From NCBI GenBank assembly GCA_001788095.1, contig MFZX01000026.1, forward strand, positions 1-47,412: a stretch of DNA of 47,412 nucleotides, given 5' to 3'. The translations under genes were made by a program, and so were the position numbers. Position 1 is the first letter of the stretch. The number at the start of each line of letters is the position of its first letter. Shown here piece after piece: positions 7,778 through 15,526 of this stretch. This DNA is from Candidatus Roizmanbacteria bacterium RIFCSPHIGHO2_12_FULL_37_23. Lineage in GTDB: Bacteria; Patescibacteriota; Microgenomatia; UBA1406; HO2-37-13b. Under the pieces are notes generated by a model. It searched no databases and was not told the DNA's origin. It saw only the letters and a program-made list of their open reading frames with translations.

Positions 7778-9019
7778 TTATTTTTTTTCTGGGTGATTAA
7801 GAAGCTTGTAAAGGAACACAATTGATATGAGTTGAAAAATCGCTGCGATAAGTAAATTAACTTTGAGTGATATCATCTGCGAGGTCAGTGACGCAATGTA
7901 GATAAAAAGTAAAGCACCCATAACCCTTCCCGCGTTCAAGAAAACTTCAAGGTCACAAATGCGCGCATAATTATGCCCCTTATTATCCGTATTGTCTTTC
8001 TCAATTGACTGATACATTATTGGAAGAAAGGCCAATTGTTCCATAGAATCAGCGATAGTGTCGAGGATCATAAAAATAAGTGCTCCCCAAAGAGCAAAAT
8101 TAATATTTAATATAACCGAGCCACTTGTCAGGATAATAAATCCGAGGATTGTGATTAGTAGTCTATGGTGAGTAGTTGATTTTCGTCCAATGGAATAAGT
8201 AATCAGCGCAGCCAATACTGCTGATAGTGAGAGAACAAATCCAAGAGCCCCTTCATCACCAATTAAAGATAACACGACAAGAGCTGGTGCATAAAAAAAT
8301 ACACCACTTTTCAGACCGGTAAAAAAACCCATAGCTCTTACTTTTTTCCATCTATCTGTAACGTTTTTCAATAAAAGTTGTATTGGATCGCGAGCAATTT
8401 TTACTGACCTGATATGATAACCCGCGAAGAAAAGAATGATCGTCGCAATAATAATCAGAATTTTATACGCTTGTTCGGGTGTGTAACTTTGTGAGTAAGA
8501 TCCGGCAACAATAAACCAGCCTATTAATGCTGGAATAATTATATTAATGAGCGTTGATATTGAAGAGGATACTCCTTCAAAATAATTTCGATTTTCATCA
8601 GGCATTGAATTGAGAGAAAAGTAGTGTCTGTTTGACCACCATAAACCAAAAAAGACTCCAAATAATAATCCAAAAAAGAAAACAAATGGGGTCGTAGTTT
8701 TTTGAAGAAAAATAAGCGGAATTATTGATATTCCCTGTGCGACAGAACTCATGAGAAACAACTTATTAGCAGTAAATTTTTTAAGTAGAATACCGTTTAT
8801 GTAAAAACCGAGAGGTAAACCGATAAAAGTTCCAATGCTGTAAAGTGCTATAGTTGAAAATCTTCCTGTTTGTCGATATAAAAAAGCATTAATGAAAATA
8901 GCTAGAAAAGGATAGGCAATTTTATAGAGCGAGTAGGAGACTATCAGTTTTTGCGCATGGACTGGGAGCGATTTAAAATGTGAAAATTCAGTAGTGATTG
9001 CTTTCCGAAGAAGATTCAT
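7778..9019 (-). CDS. MFS-type transporter
   Basis: 413 aa with about 12 TM helices in two 6-TM halves. Confidence 0.8.
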   Translation of the reverse strand: MNLLRKAITTEFSHFKSLPVHAQKLIVSYSLYKIAYPFLAIFINAFLYRQTGRFSTIALYSIGTFIGLPLGFYINGILLKKFTANKLFLMSSVAQGISIIPLIFLQKTTTPFVFFFGLLFGVFFGLWWSNRHYFSLNSMPDENRNYFEGVSSSISTLINIIIPALIGWFIVAGSYSQSYTPEQAYKILIIIATIILFFAGYHIRSVKIARDPIQLLLKNVTDRWKKVRAMGFFTGLKSGVFFYAPALVVLSLIGDEGALGFVLSLSAVLAALITYSIGRKSTTHHRLLITILGFIILTSGSVILNINFALWGALIFMILDTIADSMEQLAFLPIMYQSIEKDNTDNKGHNYARICDLEVFLNAGRVMGALLFIYIASLTSQMISLKVNLLIAAIFQLISIVFLYKLLNHPEKK

Positions 9020-9060
9020 AATGAAAGTATCTCAACATCCCATCTCGATTGCAAATTCGG

Positions 9061-9131
9061 AGCGGGTGAGGGGAATCGAACCCCCGGCTTCTCGTTGGCA
9101 ACGAGACATTGTACCACTCAACTACACCCGC
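9061..9131 (-). tRNA. tRNA-Gly(GCC)
   Basis: GCGGGTG acceptor, TCTCG-TTGCCAA-CGAGA anticodon arm, GGGGGTTCGATTCCCCT. Confidence 0.96.
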
Positions 9132-9153
9132 GGTGCGATTTATTATATCAAAG

Positions 9154-9226
9154 TGCCGAGGCTCAGAGTCGAACTGAGATCTCACGTTTTTCAGACGCGC
9201 GCCGTGACCACCTTGGCTACCTCGGC
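9154..9226 (-). tRNA. tRNA-Phe(GAA)
   Basis: GCCGAGG acceptor, CGCGT-CTGAAAA-ACGTG, CTCAGTTCGACTCTGAG. Confidence 0.95.
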
Positions 9227-9228
9227 TG

Positions 9229-9302
9229 TGGGCCTGCTTGGATTCGAACCAAGGACTTCCATCTTATAAGGATGGCACTCTAAACCGCTGAGTTACAGGC
9301 CC
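9229..9302 (-). tRNA. tRNA-Ile(TAT)
   Basis: GGGCCTG acceptor, CCATC-CTTATAA-GATGG anticodon arm, CTTGGTTCGAATCCAAG, A73. Confidence 0.93.
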
Positions 9303-9354
9303 TCAGAAATATTCTTATTATACAACGAATCCTGCGCACCTGACAGGAATAGAA

Positions 9355-9379
9355 TCCTTCATTTCGTTCAGGACTGTAG
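9355..9379 (-). repeat. 25-nt T-arm insertion element CTACAGTCCTGAACGAAATGAAGGA
   Basis: 23/25 identical to 14490-14514; both copies sit between GCGGG and TTC. Confidence 0.85.
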
Positions 9380-9415
9380 CCCGCATCTTAGGCTTCGGCA
9401 TGTCCGTCAAAGCAG

Positions 9416-9487
9416 TGCCTTTAGCGGGATTCGAACCCACATCTCAAGCTCCGGAAGCTTGCATTCTATCCGTTAAACTATAAAGGC
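9416..9487 (-). tRNA. tRNA-Arg(CCG), intact and nested inside the disrupted copy
   Basis: GCCTTTA/TAAAGGC-A acceptor, CAAGC-TTCCGGA-GCTTG, GTGGGTTCGAATCCCGC. Confidence 0.93.
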
Positions 9488-9543
9488 TGTAAAAAGCGTC
9501 GGTGGAAAGCCGCTTACATTCTATCCATTGAACTACAGGTGCT

Positions 9544-10320
9544 CTATATGAAGGCAGAAAAAACTATTATAGCTAATATGATGCGATAAAGTCCAAATAG
9601 TGTAAGACTGTTACTCTGCAGATATTTAATAAACCATTTGATAAACATAAGAGCAGAGAAAAATGACACGAGAAATCCGGTTCCGACGATCATTATGTTT
9701 TGGTTTGTGAGTAGAGAATAGTCGGTTTTAACCAAGTCTAATATTGATGCACCAATGATGGTTGGCACTGCCAGTAGATAGGAATAGACTGCCCCTTCTG
9801 ATCGCTTATATTTCATAAACATCATACCCACAATAACCGCACCAGCCCTTGATACGCCTGGGATTATAGCAAATGACTGGATAAGTCCGGCAAAAAATGC
9901 GTCCTGATATGATAAATCCGTTAGAGATTTCTTTAACGTAAGCTTTTTCTTTTGAATTAACATTTCAATAACTATAAATAAAATACCTACAATAAAAAGC
10001 GAACTTGCGATGATCGTCATGGACTGAAAAAACACAGTTTTAATTATTTCCCGCATAAAAAAACCAATAATTGCTGTGGGAACAAAAGAAATGAGAACTT
10101 TAGGAATAAGATCTTGGTGTTTACGAATATAGTCAAAATAGAGAAATATTACTGCCAAGATCGCTCCTGATTGAATAAAAACTTCAAAAAAACTAATAAA
10201 TTCGGATTGGGGTAAACGGAGGAATGAGCTTGTGATTATAAGGTGAGCTGTTGATGATATAGGAAGAAATTCAGTAGCACCTTCTACAAGTCCAAGAATC
10301 ATTACCTCAATGATGGTCAT
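9544..10320 (-). CDS. uppP: Undecaprenyl-diphosphate phosphatase (BacA)
   Basis: GLVEGATEFLPISSTAH and PGVSRAG motifs. Confidence 0.96.
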   Translation of the reverse strand: MTIIEVMILGLVEGATEFLPISSTAHLIITSSFLRLPQSEFISFFEVFIQSGAILAVIFLYFDYIRKHQDLIPKVLISFVPTAIIGFFMREIIKTVFFQSMTIIASSLFIVGILFIVIEMLIQKKKLTLKKSLTDLSYQDAFFAGLIQSFAIIPGVSRAGAVIVGMMFMKYKRSEGAVYSYLLAVPTIIGASILDLVKTDYSLLTNQNIMIVGTGFLVSFFSALMFIKWFIKYLQSNSLTLFGLYRIILAIIVFSAFI

Positions 10321-10326
10321 AGGAAC

Positions 10327-10336
10327 ATTATATAAT
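10327..10336. promoter_or_regulatory. Bidirectional -10 palindrome ATTATATAAT serving uppP and the GT4 gene (both leaderless)
   Basis: TATAAT lies 7 nt from ATG 10344 (+) and 6 nt from ATG 10320 (-), within a 23-bp gap. Confidence 0.75.
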
Positions 10337-10343
10337 ACATAGC

Positions 10344-11468
10344 ATGAAGATGGCCTTAGTTCATGATCATTTACTTGAATTCGGTGGTGCCGAACGCGTC
10401 TTTTTTGCTTTAAAACATATTTTCCCCGATTCTGATATTTATACTGCTGCTTATAACAATAACATGTTAAAAAAGCATGTTCCCGAAAGTGCGAACTGGA
10501 AAATTAATTCATCATGGGCATCGCGAATTCCTTTTTTTTCAAAACTCTATTCGCCGCTCCGATTCCTCACTCCATGGATATGGGAGTCGTTTGATCTAAC
10601 TGACTATGATGTTGTTATTTCTTCCTCAGGTTGGTTTATGTCAAAAGGTGTCATCACAAAAGACCAAACACTTCATGTATGCTATCTTCATCATCAGCCC
10701 AGATATTTATACTATTATGAAACCGCTGTCGAGTGGCAGAAATATTTCCCCGTAAAAATTTATGCCCATTTTATTAATCATTTTTTAAGAATTTGGGATT
10801 TCCAATCGAGCCAACGACCAGATTACTTTATCGCAAATTCACATGAAACAAAGAAGCGTATTCAGAAATTCTATCGCCGCGATTCAGAAGTTATATACCC
10901 GCCTGTAGATATACCCAAAGATGAAGTTTTTAAGATGCAGAAATTTGAAAAACGAGATTATTATGTCACGTTATCACGATTATCTAAGACAAAGAATATT
11001 GATGTACTTATCAAAACAGCCAACGAACTTAAGATTAAACTTAAAATCGTTGGGGTGGGAAGGGATGAAGAATATCTACGTAGTCTTGCAGGAGATTCAA
11101 TAGAATTTCTCGGGCGTGTATCCGATGAAAAGTTTGGTTCGTTATACCAAGGATCTAAAGCGTTTCTTTTTGCAAGCGTTGATGAAGAATTTGGAATCGC
11201 GCCTGTAGAAGCAATGGGATATGGCGTTCCAGTTATAGCATACGCATCAGGAGGTCTTAAAGAGACAGTAAAAGACGGGTATAACGGATATTTGTATAAC
11301 AAATTACACAAGCGATATCTTATTGAGAAAATTAAGGAGTTAGAATTACTTTCAAATGAAGATTATATGAACATGGCAAAAAACGCTCGGAAGGAAGCTG
11401 AAAAATATTCTTATAAAAATTTTGAGAAAAATATTAAAAAATTCATCAATACCTACAATCATTCATAG
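10344..11468 (+). CDS. Glycosyltransferase family 4 (WbaZ-like)
   Basis: ALVHDHL...GGAERV and EEFGIAPVEAMGYG.PV motifs. Confidence 0.93.
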   Translation: MKMALVHDHLLEFGGAERVFFALKHIFPDSDIYTAAYNNNMLKKHVPESANWKINSSWASRIPFFSKLYSPLRFLTPWIWESFDLTDYDVVISSSGWFMSKGVITKDQTLHVCYLHHQPRYLYYYETAVEWQKYFPVKIYAHFINHFLRIWDFQSSQRPDYFIANSHETKKRIQKFYRRDSEVIYPPVDIPKDEVFKMQKFEKRDYYVTLSRLSKTKNIDVLIKTANELKIKLKIVGVGRDEEYLRSLAGDSIEFLGRVSDEKFGSLYQGSKAFLFASVDEEFGIAPVEAMGYGVPVIAYASGGLKETVKDGYNGYLYNKLHKRYLIEKIKELELLSNEDYMNMAKNARKEAEKYSYKNFEKNIKKFINTYNHS

Positions 11469-12667
11469 CGGATGGCCTCAATAGGTGACATATTTGCCGC
11501 TTTTCTTGCAGGTACAACACCAAAAATAATCCCTATAAGGGTTGAAACAACGAATGCAATAATAATTGAAAGTATATTTATCTGCGCAGGGAAATAAGAA
11601 TTTATTAATAATACGAATACTATTGAAATAATAATACCTCCAATTCCTCCGATAAGTGATAACAAGACGGCTTCGGTGAGGAATTGAATGAGAATGTTAT
11701 TTCTAGTTGCTCCAACAGCTCTTCTTATGCCGATTTCTTTTGTACGTTCAACAACAGATACGTACATGATATTCATAATACCTATACCACCAACAATAAG
11801 AGATATAGCTCCGATCATAACAAGGACAGTGTTTATTGCTCCAAAAACAGAATTAATAACATTTAATAAATCAGTTTGTTCAAGAACTGAAAAATCACCG
11901 CTTTCGTAACGTCTCTCTAAGATTCTTTGGATGTCACGTTTAGCGAGTTCATATACATCTTCACTCTTTGCGCTTACGTACAATGCAAAAAATTTTTTGT
12001 CTGGATTAAATGAAAGACCGGCAGTATAAGGCATATAAACAAAAGAATCAAAATTTGATCCTCCGAGTCCACCCCCACCTTTAGCTTCACTTATTCCAAT
12101 GATTTTATAGCGCTGATCCTCAATTTTTATATCTTCCCCAAGTGCACCTTCAAAATCATCAAAAAGTTTTTTTGCCAGCTCTGGTCCAATAACGATTACT
12201 TTATTTCTTTTATCAACATCTGTTTTTTTGTAGGATCTCCCATATTGCATTTTCAGATTAAGCACTGGAAAGACATCTTCTGTTGATGCAAGAAGATCTC
12301 CTATCTCAGTCTTATTCGTGGTCGAGATCTCAATTGTTTTAATAAATGCCGGAGAAACATATGCTATATATCGACTCTTTTTTAATGAATCAACATCACT
12401 CTTATCAAATTCAGCCCCACCTAACATACCACCGCCTGGGCGGAATGAATTTCCCTGTAAAAATTTTCCAGGATAAATAAATATGAGATTTGATCCTAAT
12501 CCTTTGAACTGATCTGTGATATATTGTTTAAGCCCTAAGCCTAAAGAGATGAGTAAGACTACTGAAGCAACTCCGATTAATATTCCTAAAGAAGTGAGAA
12601 AAGTACGAAGTTTGTTTCGTCTAAAATTTGTTGTAGCTGATAAGATCGTAAAAATGTAGTATTTCAT
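11459..12667 (-). CDS. ABC transporter permease, MacB/FtsX type
   Basis: RTFLTSLGILIGVASV, GGIGIMNIMYVSVVERTKEIGIRRAVGA and PARKAA...PIEAIRYE. Confidence 0.95.
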   Translation of the reverse strand: MKYYIFTILSATTNFRRNKLRTFLTSLGILIGVASVVLLISLGLGLKQYITDQFKGLGSNLIFIYPGKFLQGNSFRPGGGMLGGAEFDKSDVDSLKKSRYIAYVSPAFIKTIEISTTNKTEIGDLLASTEDVFPVLNLKMQYGRSYKKTDVDKRNKVIVIGPELAKKLFDDFEGALGEDIKIEDQRYKIIGISEAKGGGGLGGSNFDSFVYMPYTAGLSFNPDKKFFALYVSAKSEDVYELAKRDIQRILERRYESGDFSVLEQTDLLNVINSVFGAINTVLVMIGAISLIVGGIGIMNIMYVSVVERTKEIGIRRAVGATRNNILIQFLTEAVLLSLIGGIGGIIISIVFVLLINSYFPAQINILSIIIAFVVSTLIGIIFGVVPARKAANMSPIEAIRYE

Positions 12668-12672
12668 TGTGT

Positions 12673-13341
12673 CTATTTAATAATTTTTCCGTCTTGAATG
12701 CTTATACTCCGCTTCGTTTTTTCTGCGATATGAGCTTCGTGAGTGACTATGACTATGGTAATTTTTTCTTTTTTGTTAAGATCTTCCAAAAGACTTAAAA
12801 TTGTCTCTCCTGTCTTCGTATCAAGATTTCCTGTTGGTTCATCTGCAAAAATGATTTCCGGTTCTAAGATAAGCGCTCGTGCAATAGCCGCTCTTTGTTG
12901 TTCTCCGCCAGATATTTTATTTGGATATGAATGCGTTCTATGGTCTAATCCAAATCTTTTCAAGAGGGTTATTGCTTTTATCTGAGGATCATAATCTAAT
13001 GTATGAGGATTGTATAACGTTGGTAATAAAATATTTTCTAATACAGTAAATTTATTTATTAGATTAAATTGCTGAAATACAAAACCAATTTTTTCATTTC
13101 GAAGTCTTGAGAGTTTTTCATCCGAGAGTTTTGAAGTATCTACATCATTCATCAATACTTTACCTTTTGTTGGTATATCAAGTAAACCCATCATGTACAT
13201 AAGCGTAGATTTTCCAGAACCAGACGGGCCAATTATAGAGATGAATTCACCCTTTTTGATTTCAAGATTGATATTTTGCAAGATCTCCAGGAGACTGTCT
13301 CCAATAGTATATTCTTTGTAGACATCCTGAAGTTTAATCAT
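12673..13341 (-). CDS. ABC transporter ATP-binding protein (LolD/MacB type)
   Basis: Walker A GPSGSGKS, ISGGEQQR, ADEPTGNLD and VTHE. Start set to the ATG at 13341, overlapping the upstream stop. Confidence 0.95.
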   Translation of the reverse strand: MIKLQDVYKEYTIGDSLLEILQNINLEIKKGEFISIIGPSGSGKSTLMYMMGLLDIPTKGKVLMNDVDTSKLSDEKLSRLRNEKIGFVFQQFNLINKFTVLENILLPTLYNPHTLDYDPQIKAITLLKRFGLDHRTHSYPNKISGGEQQRAAIARALILEPEIIFADEPTGNLDTKTGETILSLLEDLNKKEKITIVIVTHEAHIAEKTKRSISIQDGKIIK

Positions 13342-14359
13342 AGACCATATCACCTTTGGATAATCCAGATAAGATTTCGATAAATTCATCAGTTTCTATG
13401 CCCGTAGTTACAGTTTGCCTGGTTTTTTTGTTATTTTTTATTATATAAACGAAAGTACCCTTGTCATCTTCCTGTAAAAATGCAAAAGGAATATAAAGCG
13501 TATTGTTTTTTGATTGTGTTATAAATTCAACATCTCCTGTCATGCCAACGCGATATTTTAGATTCCCATTACTCATATTAATGAATGACATTTTTACAGC
13601 ATAAACCGTCCCGGTCTCATTAGCCTTTGGAACAAATGCAACGTGGTCGACAGTCCCAACGATTTCTTCATCAAGGTATGAGTCAAATAATAATTTACCG
13701 GTAAGACCACTTTGCAATTTAGAGATTTCTGTTTGATCAGCAGTAACTTCAAAATAAAGTGAGTCAGGCGATATGATTTCAAACCCTGCTGTTGCGGCAG
13801 TAATATTCATACCAGGTTGAAGATTGTTTGTACTTGTCACAATACCATCAAGAGGAGAAAAGAGTTGTGAGTATTCTATTGATATTTGCTGTATCTCAAC
13901 ATCTGTAATAGTGTTATCTAAATCGAATTGGGATTTATCTAAGATCCTCTGCATTGCAACTGTTAAAGCCTTATCTTTGTAGTCATCTCTTTGTTGATCT
14001 AAATCCCACCGTGCGTTTAAAAAATCATTGAGGTCTTTTTTTAAAGTTTTCTGCAGTTGACGTTGATCAAGTAAGGCAATGAGTTGGCCTTTTTGCACAC
14101 TGTCTCCTTCTTTAACTTTAATACTTGCTATTTGTCCAGTAGTTTGAAAACGAAGTTCTGCTCGTTTATCAGCTTTTATTTCTCCTGAAAGGATAAGCGT
14201 TTCTTCAAGGTTCCCTCGTTTAACTTGTGTGCTTTGTATTTCTTCTTTTCCATTTACCAAACGCTGATAAAATATAAATCCAGATACAGCAAGTATTATT
14301 CCTATAATTATGAGCGTTCTCTTCTTTCGCTTAACAAAGGTCAGAATTTTCATAAACAT
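13334..14359 (-). CDS. Efflux membrane-fusion/adaptor protein (MacA/HlyD family)
   Basis: N-terminal TM, biotinyl-lipoyl VKEGDSVQKGQ, SPLDGIV and EILSGLSKGD. Confidence 0.92.
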   Translation of the reverse strand: MFMKILTFVKRKKRTLIIIGIILAVSGFIFYQRLVNGKEEIQSTQVKRGNLEETLILSGEIKADKRAELRFQTTGQIASIKVKEGDSVQKGQLIALLDQRQLQKTLKKDLNDFLNARWDLDQQRDDYKDKALTVAMQRILDKSQFDLDNTITDVEIQQISIEYSQLFSPLDGIVTSTNNLQPGMNITAATAGFEIISPDSLYFEVTADQTEISKLQSGLTGKLLFDSYLDEEIVGTVDHVAFVPKANETGTVYAVKMSFINMSNGNLKYRVGMTGDVEFITQSKNNTLYIPFAFLQEDDKGTFVYIIKNNKKTRQTVTTGIETDEFIEILSGLSKGDMVYD

Positions 14360-14406
14360 ATGATATCAAATTAATTACAGCTTGGTATAATATGAAATAA
14401 GTACAT

Positions 14407-14478
14407 GGCTCGGTAGCCAAGTGGTAAGGCAAGGGTCTGCAAAACCCTTACACGCGGGTTCGATTCCCGCCCGGGCCT
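14407..14478 (+). tRNA. tRNA-Cys(GCA)
   Basis: GGCTCGG/CCGGGCC-T acceptor, AGGGT-CTGCAAA-ACCCT, GCGGGTTCGATTCCCGC. Confidence 0.96.
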
Positions 14479-14484
14479 CAAGAA

Positions 14485-14536
14485 GCGGGCTATAGTCCTG
14501 AACGAAGTGAAGGATTCGATTCCCGCCCGGGCCTCA
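14485..14536 (+). repeat. Duplicated 3' end of tRNA-Cys interrupted by a 25-nt element (14490-14514)
   Basis: GCGGG[CTATAGTCCTGAACGAAGTGAAGGA]TTCGATTCCCGCCCGGGCCTCA repeats 14454-14480 exactly once the insert is removed. Confidence 0.88.
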
Positions 14537-14545
14537 TAAAAAAAT

Positions 14546-15325
14546 CTAGCTCCACACCTCAAAATAAGGATGAAATATGCGCCATCCTTGCGCTTGAGCA
14601 AGCTGTTCTCGAATAAATTTTTCTGTAATTCCTATTGTTCGCGCATTTAGGGCAAATTTTGTATGATCTTCTGTCCAACATACACTAAGGTCTCGTTTAT
14701 ATATTGGAATTCCAAAAATTTCAGCGTATATAGGAATTTTATATTCGAGAAAGCCAATTTCTTTGTCTTGAACCTTTTTATAGATGTCAAAAAATTTTCT
14801 AGGAAAAACCTCAAGAATAAATAAACAACAGGGTGGGGTGGATTTTGAATATCCATAGTTTGTTTTTACATATTGAAGAAATGCTAGGTAATCTTTTCTA
14901 TGTGGTGAATTTTCTCGAGTCCATGACCAATGATTTTCAAGCGTTTTATCGAGATTTCTAAATCCTGATAAGAAAATTTCGTCCTTTTTTAATCCTGAAA
15001 ATTGATTATCTAATGAGTCAAAAATAAGCATGTCCCATTGTGTGATTACAATACTCTCCCATGAGAAATTAATGCCGCGCCGTTCATACCAATCAAGTAA
15101 TACGAGATCACCATGCATCCATTTCCAGTCAGGATCAGTAAAAGGGGAGATATAAAGATCATCTAATAAAGAATTTAAGCTTCTGAATTGCCCAATGTCA
15201 TTTTGATTTCCTCCATAAAGGCCAAAAATTTTACTGTTTGGATTATTTTTTTTGAGTATCTCGAGATGATTTTTGCTGATTTCCGGTTCTTTATAAAACC
15301 AAAAGAGAATAGCTAAATCGAGCAT
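14546..15325 (-). CDS. Hypothetical soluble protein, possibly a divergent GT-A-like fold
   Basis: Long ORF; TATAAT lies 7 nt before the ATG at 15325. The ITQWDMLIF segment resembles the DxD region of GT-A folds (weak). Confidence 0.7.
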   Translation of the reverse strand: MLDLAILFWFYKEPEISKNHLEILKKNNPNSKIFGLYGGNQNDIGQFRSLNSLLDDLYISPFTDPDWKWMHGDLVLLDWYERRGINFSWESIVITQWDMLIFDSLDNQFSGLKKDEIFLSGFRNLDKTLENHWSWTRENSPHRKDYLAFLQYVKTNYGYSKSTPPCCLFILEVFPRKFFDIYKKVQDKEIGFLEYKIPIYAEIFGIPIYKRDLSVCWTEDHTKFALNARTIGITEKFIREQLAQAQGWRIFHPYFEVWS

Positions 15326-15398
15326 GATCATAATTATATCAGGGATTATATGTACCTTGATAACGAGGATAAAATATGCAGCCTTCCAATCCCCGGCC

Positions 15399-15480
15399 TT
15401 CTAACCCTCGGTGTTAGTAGGTTCAAAATTTTTTATTCAGACTCAACCAACACCGAGGGTTATAACACCGAGGGTTAGAA
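15399..15480. repeat. REP-like cluster: three copies of AACACCGAGGGTTA (one inverted, two tandem)
   Basis: 18-bp perfect inverted repeat 15399-15416/15463-15480, plus a tandem copy at 15449-15462. Confidence 0.85.
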
Positions 15481-15526
15481 ATGAGAGTTCATTTCTACCT
15501 TAGAGATTGAAAGTGGATTGCTATAG

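Larger units (their letters stand above)
9335..9542 (-). pseudogene. Disrupted tRNA-Arg(CCG)-like gene: 5' half ~9512-9542 and 3' half 9335-9398, with a T-arm insertion
   Basis: Acceptor arms GCACCTG/CAGGTGC-G pair perfectly. D-arm GTTCAATGGATAGAAT; 3' half CCGAA-GCCTA-AGAT-GCGGG[25 nt]TTCTATT-CCTGT. Confidence 0.8.

Noticed and set aside
8988-9283. Three short ORFs (8988..9185, 8994..9269, 9095..9283)
   Set aside because: They are translations of tRNA genes.
9335-9542. Group I intron in tRNA-Arg
   Set aside because: The ~110-nt intervening sequence is mostly a complete tRNA. It is too short for a group I core and shows no recognisable P/Q/R/S elements.
11459-14359. MacAB-like exporter without TolC as a novel system
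   Set aside because: Adaptor-ATPase-permease operons without an outer-membrane channel are common in monoderm bacteria (YknXYZ-like).
14371-14601. 76-aa minus-strand ORF
   Set aside because: It is antisense to tRNA-Cys and its duplicated 3' end.
15399-15480. Possible CRISPR array
   Set aside because: The repeats are 14 bp, in mixed orientation, without regular spacers, and there are no cas genes in the window.
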